Under the pieces are notes generated by a model, which was given only the letters and a program-made list of their open reading frames with translations, was not told the DNA's origin and did no database searches. Position numbers and translations under genes: made by a program. From Felis catus (Eukaryota), in the NCBI RefSeq assembly GCF_018350175.1, contig NC_058368.1, positions 74,340,001-74,404,000 on the forward strand: a DNA stretch of 64,000 bases, read 5' to 3'. Of the stretch, positions 40,331 to 53,638 are shown in pieces (the stretch's first letter is position 1; each line of letters begins with the position of its first letter).

Positions 40331-40847
40331 AACTTTTTTTTTAATTTACATTTTTGCATATATTTTATAATGTCCAAATATAATTAGATAATAGTAGACG
40401 TTCATAATCTCCAGAGTAACAAATGTACAGATACTGGAAGGCACGTGCTTGTTTATTCATTTTGTAGATTTATGTGATTACAGAAAGTTAGGAGATTAAC
40501 TAGGATACTCAAAAATCAAGTCTCTTAGAAAAACAAAGTTGGATTTAAACATCTTTTGGACCCAGCGCACAAACAGGATCTTACTGCTACACTTTCTGGT
40601 ATTTCCTATATCTCACTCCCAGTATCCAGAAGGTTCTAGCAACTCTCTTTGATGATGCCAATCCGCTTTTTTTTTTCCAATTTTATTAAAGTAAATCAAT
40701 GAAAACAAAAAACACTTGGGAACAAAATAGGAAATAAAGACCTCTTTTCTTCTGGTGGCATTTCCTCAAATGCTACTTAAAAATTCTTCTCCCAAGTTTA
40801 TATACTTCTAGCTAAGAGAAGTTCTACTTCAAAAATTCTACAGTTTA

Positions 40848-41060
40848 GGGGCGCCTGGGTGGCTCAGTCGGTTAAGCGTCCGACTTTGGCTCAAGTCATG
40901 ATGTCGTGATTCATGGGTTTAAGCCCCGCATGGGGCTCTATGCTGACAGCTCAGAGCCTGGAGCCTGCTTCAGATTCTGTGTCTCCCTCTCTCCCTGCCC
41001 CTCCCCAACTCATGTTCTGTTTCTCTCAATCAACAATAAATAAACATTAAAAAAGTTTAA
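40848..41060 (+). mobile_element. Can-SINE
   Basis: TSD aaaaattctacagttt. Confidence 0.95.
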
Positions 41061-42093
41061 AAAAATTCTACAGTTTCTCTTACAGATGAAGTGCTCCCAG
41101 AAGCCAGACTCTTGCAGTCCCAGCAGCTCTAGGGTCTCAGGATGATGTGCCCCCAGACGTGATATCCTCATCATGGCTGCATCACATCACCTTTCGTGGG
41201 GTGAAGACCTCATCAAATCAGTCCTTTGCTCTGCAGGATGACTTCGTGTTCTCAATTTCTATGCCCTTCTAGTCATCATCTCCACACTTGCGGTGCATGT
41301 CCAAAAAGTCAATTCTGTCATTATTTGATAAGTACAGTAAAGATATTCTTTTATCACACTCTCCAGATTTAAGTGTCTCTTCTGACACTGTGTGGGTCCA
41401 GCTGCTACGTGGCCTTCCCTAGACATACTTTGCATAGAGAATGTGTTTGCATTTTTAAGAGTCATCTGTAATTTTGGTTCCCTCTTCCATAACAATTTGT
41501 GTGATTTCTCGTCTCGTAAAATCATTCTCATCAGAGCGCTTTTTCTTCTAGTTCCTGCATTATTTTACTAGCAAGGAAAATTTGCTATTAAGACATCTTG
41601 TCACCCTTAGGACAGAAAATGGCTGTGGATTTTTAGGTAGCAGTAGATCAATCATTCTTCCATTTACCAGCATGGAAACCAATTTGGTGGAAATGTAATG
41701 TGAGAGTATGCCTTGGCTTTTTGAGTTATTACAGCATAATGCCATGTGTAACTGATGCTATTTTCTACATAACAAATTATTCTTATACATTTTTACAGTT
41801 CATACAGCTTAAGAAAGCATGGCATTAACAAAGATAAGATAAATTCTACCTATTGTAACAAGTTAAAAAAAAGAGGAAAGAGGGATAAAAACAGTGAAAT
41901 ACAGGAAGAAAGAAAAATAAAAGAGAAAAAAAGGGTAATGAAAGAAGCAATAGAAGTGTGGCCATACTAATTTTGGCATTGGCATTGCCATCTTTCTGTT
42001 GAGTCAGGACAATATGTTCATGGACCGATTTTGGAACCAGATATTGAGTTTAGAATTTTGTGTAATGTTGTATGTATTGTTTACATAAAATAT

Positions 42094-43234
42094 AACCATC
42101 AAAACCCCAGAGGATAAATCAGGAAAAAAACATCTCTGACCTCAGCCGCAGCAATTTCTTACTTGACACATCTCCAAAGGCAAGGGAATTAGAAGCAAAA
42201 ATGAACTATTGGGACCTCATGAAGATAAAAAGCTTGTGCACAGCAAAGGAAACAATCAACAAAACTAAAAGGCAACCAATGGAATGGGAAAAGATATTTG
42301 CAAATGACATATCAGACAAAGGGCTAGTATCCAAAATCCATAAAGAACTCACCAAACTCCACACCCGGAAAACAAATAACCCAGTGAAGAAATGGGCAGA
42401 AAACATGAATGGACACTTTTCTAAAGAAGACACCCAGATGGCCAACGGGCACATGAAAAGATGTTCAACATCGCTCCTCATCAGGGAAATACAAATCAAA
42501 ACCACACTGAGATACCACCTCACGCCAGTCAGAGTGGCTAAAATGAACAAATCAGGAGACTCTAGATGCTGGCAAGGATGTGGAGAAACAGGAATCCTCT
42601 TGCACTGTTGGTGGGAATGCAAACTGGTGCAGCTGCTCTGGAAAACAGTGTGGAGGTTCCTCAAAAAATGAAAAATAGATCTACCCTATGACCCAGCAAT
42701 AGCACTGCTAGGAATCTACCCAGGGATACAGGAGTGCTGAGGCATAGGGGCACTTGTACCCCAATGTTTATAGCAGCACTTTCAACAATAGTCAAATTAT
42801 GGAAAGAACTTAACTGTCCATCAACTGATGAATGGATAAAGAAGATGTAGTTTATACACACAATGGAATACTACGTGGCAATGAGAAAGAATGAAATCTG
42901 GCCTTTTGTAGCAACGTGGATGGAACCGGAGAGTGTGATGCTAAGTGAAATAAGCCATACAGAGAAAGACAGATACCATATGTTTTCACTCCTATGTGGA
43001 TCCTGAGAAATTTAACAGAAGACCATGGGGGAGGGGAAGGAAAAAAAAAAGTTAGAGAGGGAGGGAGGCAAACCATAACAGACTTTTAAAAACTGAGAAC
43101 AAACTGAGAGTTGATGGGGGGTGGGAGGGAGGGAAGGGTGGGTGATGGGTATTGAGGAAGGCACCTGTTGGGATGAGCATTGCATCCATGCATTCCATTG
43201 CATGGAAACCAATTTGACAATAAATTTCGTATTA
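42094..43234 (+). mobile_element. 5'-truncated felid L1 (ORF2 3' part plus 3'UTR)
   Basis: ORF 42201-42671: [17 protein letters not shown]...WEKIFAN...HMKRCSTSL...[10 protein letters not shown]; frameshifts downstream; probable TSD aaaatat. Confidence 0.96.
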
Positions 43235-43256
43235 AAAATATTTATATATTGTAGAA

Positions 43257-43445
43257 TGGAATGCCTGAGTGGTTCAGTCAGTTAAGTTTCTGACTCTTGA
43301 TTTAGGCTTAAGTCATGATCTCACTGTTCATGAGATTGAGCCACGCAACATACTCTGCGTTGAGCATGGAGTCTAAGATTCTCTGTCTCTCTGCCTCTCC
43401 TCCATTCATGCTCTATCTGTCAAAATAAACTAACATTTAAAAAAA
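43257..43445 (+). mobile_element. Can-SINE (older)
   Basis: Diverged head and body with tail. Confidence 0.85.
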
Positions 43446-43558
43446 TATATATATACATATATAATACATACATATACTATATATATACATACATATATAT
43501 ACACATACATATATATATACATACATATGTATATATGTATATACATATATATATATAC

Positions 43559-43589
<31 letters not shown>
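43446..43589. repeat. (TA)n/(TACA)n microsatellite
   Basis: AT-rich simple repeat between two SINEs. Confidence 0.92.
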
Positions 43590-43592
43590 GTA

Positions 43593-43825
43593 TGGGGCTC
43601 CTGGGTGGCTCAGTCAGTTGAGTGTTCAACTCTTGATTTAGGCTCAAGTCATGATCTGGCAGTTCATGAGTTCCAGTCCCACGTCAGGCTCCACACAGAT
43701 AGTGTGGAGCCTGCTTGGGATTCTCAGTCTCCCTCTTTCTCTGTCCCTCTCCTGTTCACTCTCTTTCTCTCCCAAACTAAATACATAAGCCTTAAAAAAA
43801 TTAAAAATAAATTAAAAAATTAAAA
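43593..43825 (+). mobile_element. Can-SINE
   Basis: Head, body and tail present. Confidence 0.92.
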
Positions 43826-44494
43826 ATATATACTTTAGATTAAAAGCTCATGAAGAGAATAATGCATATTTAAATATCAAATTTCCCTATCAATGCCAGA
43901 ACATGCTCCCCATTTTAGATGGTACCATAGTTTTAATGATCTGCACTTTGCCAGAAATATTTATAGATTATTTTCAACATTTTCATATACCCAGAAATAT
44001 ATATTTTACTTGTATTTCAAAAGGGTATATCTAAGTATTAATTTTCATTAATAAATATATTTATTACAGCTGCATAATAAACAATACAAGCATATAGAGG
44101 CAGAGGGAAATTAATATAATCTGAGCATTTATAATTGTGAAGTGATGCTCATTCTGAGTTTATGCAGTGAAATTAAAAGAATACAAATGAAAATAAATAA
44201 TAGTGAACTCTTCCTATGTGTTAGACACTTCACGTGAATTTAAGCACTTCTTGTGAATTGTCTCATGTAACCCAGTTTTGATCTCGAAGAATTTCAGGTT
44301 ATTCAGTTTATTTTAACTATGACAGATCTGAGACCCATAAAGTTTAAGTAGGCCATCCAAATCACTTTTGAAAATGTCAATAATTAACTGACTGTAAATA
44401 ATTGAAACTGTCCAATCAAAAAACAGAGATTATCAGACTGGGTATAAACAGTAAGATCCAGGTATTTATTGTTTGAAAGAAACACACTTTATTT

Positions 44495-44544
44495 TTTCAT
44501 TATTTATTTATTTATTTGTTTAATTTTTTTTGTTAATTTTTATT

Positions 44545-44583
<39 letters not shown>

Positions 44584-44746
44584 ATGAGTGGTGGAGGGGC
44601 AGAGAGAGAGGGAGACACAGTGTAGGAAGCAGGCTCCAGGCTGTGAGCTGTCAGCACAGAGTCCGAGTTGGGGCTCGAACTCACCAACAGTGAGATCATG
44701 ACCTGAGCTGAAGTCGGAGGCTTCCGACTGAGCCACCCGGGCACCC
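44495..44746 (-). mobile_element. Can-SINE nested in L1
   Basis: TSD gaaagaaac(a/g)c(a/t)cttta. Confidence 0.94.
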
Positions 44747-45027
44747 GGAAAGAAACGCTCTTTAAACATAAAAATACAGATAAAGTAGAAGGTGGTAAAT
44801 TATATAGCACATAAAATGTGAACATCAAAAGCATGAGAAAAGGATGTGGGTCACATTATTATTAGAGAAACAGAGTTCACAACATCATTATTAGATAAAA
44901 AGAAAATAATGGTAGTCAATTAAAGCAGAGAATATAAAATTTTTTCAGGTATGTACCTCATCATGGAAATTCAACATGCTTGAAAGAAAACATGTAGGTG
45001 AAGAAACAGACAAATGCACAGGTGAAC

Positions 45028-45270
45028 ATTTTATTTTTATTTATTTTTAATTTGTTTAATGTTTGTTTATTTCTGAGAGACAGAGAGAGAAAGAGAGACA
45101 GAGTGCAAGTGAGGGAGGGGCAGAAAGAGAGGGAGACAGAGTCCAAAGCAGGCTCCAGGCTCTGAGCTGTCAGCACAGAGTCTGACGGGGGGCTCGAACC
45201 CACAAACCATGAGATCATGACCTAAACTGAAGTTGGATGCTTAACCGACTGAGACACCCAGGTGCCCCCC
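45028..45270 (-). mobile_element. Can-SINE nested in L1
   Basis: TSD tgaacatttta. Confidence 0.94.
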
Positions 45271-45939
45271 AGTTGAACATTTTAATATGATACTCTCAGT
45301 AGCTGATAGAAAAGTAGGAACCAGATAACTAAGGCTATAGAATATTGTAAAACCACTATCAAGGAAATTGGTATAATGGACATTACAGCTCACTGCTGAA
45401 TATACTATTTTATCCATATCTCGAACACTCACTATGAAAGACTATATGCTGGGCTCCAAAACATGTCTCAATAAATTTCAATGGATTCAAACAATACACA
45501 CATTCTCTGACTACAATGGAATTAAATTAGAAGCCAAAAACAATAGTAATAGCAACAATAATAATATTAATAATAAATGTATAAAATTTCCATATATTTT
45601 TAAATAACCAAAAGATCATAAATAACCTCAGCAATATCATGGGAAAAATAAAAATACTTCAAAATGAAATGGAAGACACAATGTAGCAAAATTATAAAAT
45701 AAAAACTAAAGCAATGAATAAGAGGGAAATAATTTATAGCTTTACATGTTATATTGGTAAAAGAAGAAAAGTATAAAACTGTTTAAGATCCCAACTTAAT
45801 ATTAGAATAAAAAAAGAGCTACTTAAACCCCAAACAAATACACAGTGGGAAATAACCAAAATGAATGTTTAAGTAAATAATAACAAAAAAAAAAACAAAA
45901 ATTAACAAAATGAAGTGGGTTTATAAAAAATAATATTCA

Positions 45940-46155
45940 GGGGTGCCTGGGTGGCTCAGTCGGTTAAGCATCTGACTTCAGCTCAGGTCATGATCTCACA
46001 CTCTGTGAGTTCAAGCCCCGCGTCGGGCTCTGTGCCGACAGCTCAGAGCCTGGAGCCTGCTTCAGATTCTGTGTCTCCCTCTCTCTCTGCCGCTCCCCTG
46101 CTCATGTTCTGTCTCTCTGTGTCTCAAAAATAAATAAAAACATTAAAAAAAATTA
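45940..46155 (+). mobile_element. Can-SINE nested in L1
   Basis: TSD aaaaataatattca. Confidence 0.95.
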
Positions 46156-46891
46156 AAAAAAATAATATTCATAAACTGTTAGCAACATGGATCAAATAAA
46201 AGAGACATTATATATTGCCAGTATCTGAATGAAAGAGAGAAATAAATCACTGCAAATTCTACAGAGAGTAAGAATTTTTATAGGAATATTATGATCTACT
46301 TATAAATTTAAAAATTTGTAAGAATAAGATACATTTCCCAAGTTCCTTATTAATACAAACTATTAAAGCTGACATAGAAAAAATGAAAATCTTAAAACCC
46401 TTCAATCTGTTAAAGAAATTGCATTCATCATCAAATATTTTCCTACCAAAAAAAAAACTTCTGATGTGCTTATCCAAGTGAATTCTAGCAAACGTTTAAG
46501 AAAGAAATAAAAAACTCATACAAGCATCTTTACAAATAGAAAATAGAGGAGCATCCCCCAACTTGTTTTATGAGGCCACAATGATCCCAATCCCAATATC
46601 AGACAAGGATATTGCAAGAAAAGGAAATCGTTGAACAATATCCCTGATGAATTTAAACTAAAAAAAAAAGAATATTAACAAACAGAATTTAGAAACATAT
46701 TAAAAAGTAATCGAGCATAACCAAGGCGGGGTTAAGCTAAAGAAGCTTAGTTTAACATTAAAAAATTCATCAAGGGAGTTTACCACATAAGCCAGTAAGG
46801 AAGACAAAAAAATATTTATGTTCATCAAACATAGAAAAGGCATTTGGAAAAAAAATCAGCATCCATCCATTCACAAAGAAAACAAAGGAGT

Positions 46892-47125
46892 GGGGCACTT
46901 GGGTGGTTCAGGGAGTTAAGCATTTCACTCTCGATTTCACCTGTGATCTCAGGTCATGATCAGGTTATAATCTCATGGTTGGTGGGTTTGAGTCCCAGGT
47001 GGGGCTCTGCACTGCCAGCGTGAAGCCTGCTGGGGATTCTCTCTCCCTCTTACTCTGCCCCTCCCCTGCTCTCCCTCGCTCTCTCCCTCTCTCTCTCTCT
47101 CAAAATAAATAAATAAACTTAAAAC
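46892..47125 (+). mobile_element. Can-SINE with expanded head
   Basis: Head contains repeated tcaggt...at pieces; (CT)n and tail present. Confidence 0.9.
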
Positions 47126-48176
47126 TAAAACGAAAAATGAAGGAATGTAGCTGTCTTTGTGACTTATTCTACTTCTGTCAGTGTCTGTCTGACTTGAGCC
47201 TCGTGTTTCGTCTCTCCATGGTCAGGTTTTCTCTTGTGTGGGATTTGTGGCTATTGGGTGTATTTGTGTGGGGCAGAGCACACATTCCAAGAAAGCCTTT
47301 TGCTGAGTCCTTTCTGACCCATCCTTGGTCCTTGTTCCTGCCAGGAGGGATCCCTGTCCCTGTGAGGCTTCTTCATCAGCCCTCACTCTCTGCTCACACC
47401 CCCCCTTCCTCTGGAGTCTCTACTCATGGGAAACTCACTAAATACATTACATTTATGTTTTACTGAGACCTGTAGCTTCCTCGGATCTTAGTTTTGTTTT
47501 CCATGAGGTCTGGAAAAGGGTGAAATGCTATCCTGGATAACTGTGAGGGAGCGTGAAGGAAGCAAATATATCTAATTCACACAGATGTATCTTTTAATAG
47601 GCAACCTTCCCATCTCTGTGTTAAATCCGTTATATGTGTAGAGCATTGAGCACAGCCTCTGGGAAGATAAAGGCCTTCATTCCTTGATGTGTATTGTTTT
47701 GGGGCAGTTCTCTCTGGTGTTTGAGCAGAGGTGAATAATAGTAGAAATGGCAAGCCAGGGATACAACTGGGGAGGCAAGTGAGAAGCTGGTAGGAAAAAC
47801 AAAATACTGTGGGAAAATGTCCGAAGTGTCTGATATTCAGGAAGTGCGCAGAGGTTCACATGCTCAACAAAGATGTCCACAGATGAGCGGCCAACAGTTG
47901 GTAAATCTGGAAGCAAGATTTGGTGATGAAGGAAGGGAGTCTGTGCTTCCGGTCACTCTACTAAGTGACATAGATCAGTTGCCCAGCCATGGAGGAAACG
48001 TATAAAAGAAATGAAGCCTCCAGAAAACTGTATCCAAGTCAAAGACTCTGGCTTCTTGTAATTTTAGATGTAAAATAACTATCTACATGGAAATGACTAC
48101 AGTTAGAGCAGAGACTTCCCGCCAACTGGCCACCTGGGATGTGAAAATAGGTCAGGACTAGGGTGATCCACTAGAC

Positions 48177-48382
48177 CAAGGGTTTACTAACCACAGCTGG
48201 CGGGCCGGTTCTGGTTTTGCCCATCGAGTTTTACTGAAACAGAGCCACTCTCACTTTTTATGTGTTGTCTGTAGCTGCTTTTGTCTACATTGGCAGAGTT
48301 GAGTAGGAGAGATTTCATACCTTACAAAGCCTAAAATAGTTACTAACTGGCCCATGTTAGAAAAAAAATGTCCTGACCCGTG
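48177..48382. mobile_element. MER58A-like hAT-Charlie DNA transposon
   Basis: gttttactgaaacagagcca...ggcagagttgagtag...caaagcctaaaata..tactaactggccc motifs. Confidence 0.75.
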
Positions 48383-48676
48383 CACACTACATGCCTGGAG
48401 TCGCAGTTTTAGCACATCTTACACTTTCTCCAGATACCTAAGCAATCTGTCTCATGGAGTGAGGAAGGTATAGGTAATCACGAAGAAAAAATTTAGATAG
48501 CCTCACCATTTGAGGTGTCATGGAATAAGGGAAAACACTAAAAAAAAATTCACGCTGAAGCCCGATTGGTTAACCATCAGTTTTTAGACACTCCATGGAG
48601 TTGATCTCTGCCTGCTTAAATCTGTGGGTCTTATATTTCTAAGTAGATTGTGTGATCCTTAAAGAAAACTCAGATA

Positions 48677-48679
<3 letters not shown>

Positions 48680-48719
<40 letters not shown>
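48680..48719. repeat. (TG)n microsatellite
   Basis: Perfect TG run. Confidence 0.95.
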
Positions 48720-48720
<1 letters not shown>

Positions 48721-49526
48721 TTCTACCTCATAGTTCTCTTGGCAGAGTAGATATTTTAGCAGGCATGATTTGGAATGAATTAAATCAATGTTAGGGTAAG
48801 TACATAATGAAATATTAATTATCTTTTATCATAATTTCTGAATGTTATTAATATTACATAATAATACATGCATTAGGGGATCTCAGTGCTGTTCATTATG
48901 AACTTCTTCGATTCCAGTACTGCATTATAGCATGTATTAAAATGTTTCAATAAAACCAATGCAAATAACATCTATTTGCTTCTGTTTATTAAGAGGCATA
49001 GATGGCTATCTTATGGTAATGACATGGTTAAATTACCCTCTAAGTCAATATTTTTTCAACTGGAACATATCCAAAAAGACACTCAGAATACCAACTTAGT
49101 ATCACTCAATTGCAGCTATAATATAGTAAAGTTTGAATATGTTAGTTTACACAACCAAATTAAATACTGCATTTTAGAGCATCAATAAATATTAAATTAT
49201 GTAAGCTATTGACGCTCTTTTTTGGTAACTACTAATTCTCTAAGTTAGCTAAGAGAGTTTTCTACTATTAGTGTATGATCTGAGGGAAATGTAAGCTATT
49301 TTCTTTCAATTTTATCTTCTGTATCATAGAACTCTTCTATAGTGAATATGAGTACAAAATTATTCTAGGGATTGAAGTGATTAAACTAAATAAGGAAGGA
49401 AGAGTAGGAATTTCTGAGCAAAAGTTTCTCTGACCATAGGAGCCATTTTGCTATAGTAATCTTCTCTAAGTACTAGAAGTGACAGCAGTGTGGACACTTT
49501 CTACATTTACTATAGAAAAGGTGCTA

Positions 49527-50166
49527 TTACTAGGAATGTATCCAAAGGATCCAGGAGTGCTGATTCATAGGGGCACTTGTACCCGTGTTTTTAGCAGCAC
49601 TTTCAACAATAGCCAAATCATGGAAAAAGCCCAAATGGCCATCAACTGATGAATGGATAAAGATGTAGTTTATATATACAATGGAATACTACTTGGAAAT
49701 GAGAAAGAATGAAATCCTGCCATTTGCAACAATGTGGATGGAACTGGAGGGTATTATGCTCAGTGAAATAAGACAGAGAAAGATAACATATGTTTTCACT
49801 CATATGTGGAACTTGAGAAACTTAACAGAAGACCATAGGGGAAGGGAAGGGAAGGGGAAACAACAGTTTCAAACAGAGAAGGCAAATCCATAAAAGACTC
49901 TTAAAAACAGAGAACAAATTGCAGGTTGATGATGGCGGGGAGAGGGGAAAATGGGTGAGGGGCATTGAGGAGGGCATTTCTTGGGAAGAGCACTGGATGT
50001 TGTAGGTTAAGTGATGAATCTAGGGAATCTACCCTGAAACCAAGAGCACACAGTATACACTGTTAGCTAACTTGACAATAAATTATATTAAAAAATATAT
50101 ATATACATATATATATATACACACACACAGGTATATGTATATGTACATACAGAGAGAGAGAGAGAG
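49527..50166 (+). mobile_element. 5'-truncated carnivore L1 with microsatellite tail
   Basis: ORF MEYYLEMRKNEILPFATMWMELEGIMLSEI; 13-bp TSD agaaaaggtgcta at 49514-49526 and 50167-50179. Confidence 0.93.
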
Positions 50167-50257
50167 AGAAAAGGTGCTAGAATGCACTGCATAAAGTAAA
50201 TATTTTTCTGTTCTGCCTAAATCATAATTCTATGTTCTATTAAGTGTTTCTCATATA

Positions 50258-50470
50258 TTTTTTAAAGTTTTATTTATTTATTTGTTTATTTAGAGAAAAT
50301 GCATGCATGCATGAGTGGGGGAGGGGCAGAGAGCGAGAGAGAGAATCCCAAGCACGATCTGCACTGTCAGCACAGAGCCCGATGTGGGGCTCAAATCCCA
50401 GAACCATGAGATCATGACCTGAGCCGAAATCAAGAGTTGCACACTCAATGGACTGAGACACTAGGTCCCC
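50258..50470 (-). mobile_element. Can-SINE
   Basis: Antisense body; TSD aagtg(t/c)ttctcata. Confidence 0.92.
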
Positions 50471-53414
50471 GCCCCCCCTCCCCGCCAAGTGCTTCTCATA
50501 GTTTTACAATAACTTATCTTTTGAGAATTGCATCAGAATAGAGTTCCTGAAGAACCCATCCTCTAAGTCAGTGCCTGCTTCCTTCACGATGAGTAGAATG
50601 TCCTAGCACACTGAGAGACACCCATCTGGGTCATTCACCATAGGTTCAGGGTTAAGGCCCACGCTTTGAAGTTCTAGGAATGCTCTTCAGCCAGCTAATC
50701 CTAGCAGGGATAATTTTTAGAAAAAACAGTTAAATTGCATCCAATTCAAATATACTAATTGACAAAATCAATGCTAAAGTATTTATTATACAGAGATCTT
50801 AACTTTTAATATATCGATCGATGCTCTTTGTTTACATAGTGCACACATCCTAAGTGGATAAGACTTCTTAGGATTAAAAACTACACATTTGAAAGGTATT
50901 TGGAGAATCCACAATCAGAGCACAGGGCGTTGTCAGTATCTTGTGCCATTTGTAGAGACAAACTTCTCCAATCTAGTGACTGTTTTTGTTTCTGTTTCTC
51001 TAAAGGTTATGGCTGATTAGAAATAGGATTCCATTGAGCTGGTGCCTGAATTTCAGGCCTTTGGTCTTTCTTTTTCCCTGACTCCTGTCTTGTGCAATGT
51101 TACAGGACGTTTTCATTATCTTCTAAAATGAATATGACCTTGATGAAAACATTTTGGACATTAATTATTTTTATCCTACCAGATGGGTATATATTTAGAT
51201 TAATCAAAGATATAAAACTATGAAGGACAGACTTGAAAACTACTATAGAAGGTAACATAAAAACATATTGTTATATGAAAATCGTATCCAACCGTGCACG
51301 AACTCAACAAATCTATTGCTAAAACCATTATTTTTTACTCTTCTTTTTCCCCCTCATCCCTCCCTCCACTACTTCTTCTCTTCATCTGATTAAAAAAAGT
51401 GCTATAAATTCAGATTTTAAAAACGTGCTCTTAAGAATCTACTAAGGACCAACGATTGATCTTATTTTGATACGAAATAAATCCTTTCGGAGGCCTTCAC
51501 TTCCAAATAAACAGAGTTATTTTAGCTCATGTAATTTAATTTTACTCTGGAGAACTCCTTCCAATGTTTTTGAAGACTGGTTTCATGCTATTTCCCATCA
51601 GACTTCATTTCTAAGAAAATGAATTTTTTTGGAAGTTTGGTGATACACAGCATACAAGAGACTATTATTAAAAATATTTACATAGTACAAGACTCTAATG
51701 TTATGTGCAGTTCTGTGTATTTTGTGACCTATCTTATCACTCATATAATAATGGAAGGGAAATAAATTCTTCTTCCCTGGATTAGGGAACTGAATTTGTG
51801 TAAGTATCACCAAGAAAGCATAGACTCAAATTGTAAGTGAATGACCTCTTTCCTTTTTACAGTAAAAATTCCCATTAATGCCGGTTTACTACTAAGTTCT
51901 ATAACTTCATCCTTTTCTTCTAGCAGACAGAATTTTTCACCTGTAGAAATAGCATTGCAGCTGTTGATTATTTCCTAATCTTGATATATTAAAATGGAAC
52001 AAAATGTTTCCTCCAGAGCGTCTGAAATGTGCTCTCCAGTCCTCTCCTTCTTTCCTCAATAGCGTTCGGTGTAAGAGTCCTTTCTATTCACAGTGGATTT
52101 CATAAATTAGATACCATATTTTAGATTTTTATGTATTACTATTATTGGCACCCACAATAGAAACATTTTTACATGAGTAGGGGTGTATCTGGCTCATGGA
52201 GACTGATACCACAGGAAGCAAACGTATTTACAATAACAACAAAAACTATGGAGAGGAAATTCAAGTTCATGTTATGGGATGCACATAGAGCAGGATGTAT
52301 ATTCACAAATATAAGCTCAGATAACAGACAAGTGATAAAAGAAAGAGAAATCACCAAAAATAAATGATACTGCCTTCCAATTTTTTTTTCCACTGAAAAT
52401 CGACAGATGCCGCTGAGAACACAAAATTCAGAAGAGAGATTTGCTGCTTTCAGTGAAGCCTTTAATTGTCGTCTCTTTTGAGACTTAAAGAGAACACTTA
52501 CCTCGCCTGACTAGAGTCAAGTATACTCATTGTGGAAGTTATTCTGTGGCTCCATTTCTATAAAGGAGAGATATCATCATGTTCTCTTTTGATTCCTATC
52601 CAGGCTTCTACTGGTGATCCTATGTTTAAAACTGTGATATTTGAAGACGCACACATCTAGATCGACACTTTATCTCTAACCACTTATTAGCGGAGTAATC
52701 TTGAGAAAATCACTCAAGTTCCATATGTTGTTCCCCACCTCATGAGATTGTTAAAGCATTTCAACTGGAAATTTACTGTAAGACTGCCTATTAATTAATA
52801 AAGTTCCACTCATATACAAATACTCCGTAAATGTTAACGGTAATTACTATTTGGTCAGTTAGTATTGGCATTACACATGGATTAACCTTGCCACATACCA
52901 GAGAAATCTTTCTTGCCATTTTATCTAATGACCATACTTACTTACAACCTAAATAAAATACATTGGTTCTGTATGGCCGTTATCTTCCACGGCCTTCCAA
53001 CGGAATTTAATTGGCCTCCTTCACTTCTTTCAGGGTCCCCTGGTAGAGGTGGTGAAGGCACAGGTGTGCCTGAATATAAGAATATAAGAATATCTCTGTG
53101 TGTTCATCTGCATGTATGTGCCTGTTTCTGTTTATGTGTATTTTTAGGCCCCCAGCAGAGTCAGACAAGTTAAAAATCGTTAGAGGAGGATTGCATTGGG
53201 GCAAAATGCACCTGCACTTCCCACCTCCTTCGATACAACCAGCCCTGTTGGGTGTACTCGAATTCATCCCCTGCTTACGGGCATGCTGGGTTTCTACCTT
53301 CCTCTCTGGCCACTCCTTAATATTTTTCTTTGAATACCCTGCCGGACTCTGTTGAATTGGGAGCTCTTCAGTGCTTGACGGTAGACGTTCTTTTACTTCT
53401 CAATTAATATTATT

Positions 53415-53638
53415 ATTTTTTTTTAATTTTTTTTCAAAGTTTTATTTATTTTTGGGACAGAGAGAGACAGAGCATGAACGGGGGAGGGGCAGAGAGAGAG
53501 GGAGACACAGAATCGGAAACAGGCTCCAGGCTCCGAGCCATCAGCCCAGAGCCCGACGCGGGGCTCAAACTCACGGACCGCAAGATCGTGACCTGGCTGA
53601 AGTCGGACGCCTAACCGACTGCGCCACCCAGGCGCCCC
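53415..53638 (-). mobile_element. Can-SINE, young SINEC_Fc-type copy
   Basis: CpG-rich, near-identical to the copy at 32272; TSD aatattatt. Confidence 0.96.

Larger units (their letters stand above)
44375..46890 (+). mobile_element. Old L1 ORF2 fragment (endonuclease to RT region), decayed and interrupted by SINEs
   Basis: ccaatcaaaaaacagagattatcagactgg...gaaagaaacacacttt resembles the EN start (PIK.QRLSDW...ETHF); cagacaaggatattgcaagaaaagg...atatccctgatgaat resembles RT (DKD...ISLMN). Confidence 0.8.
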
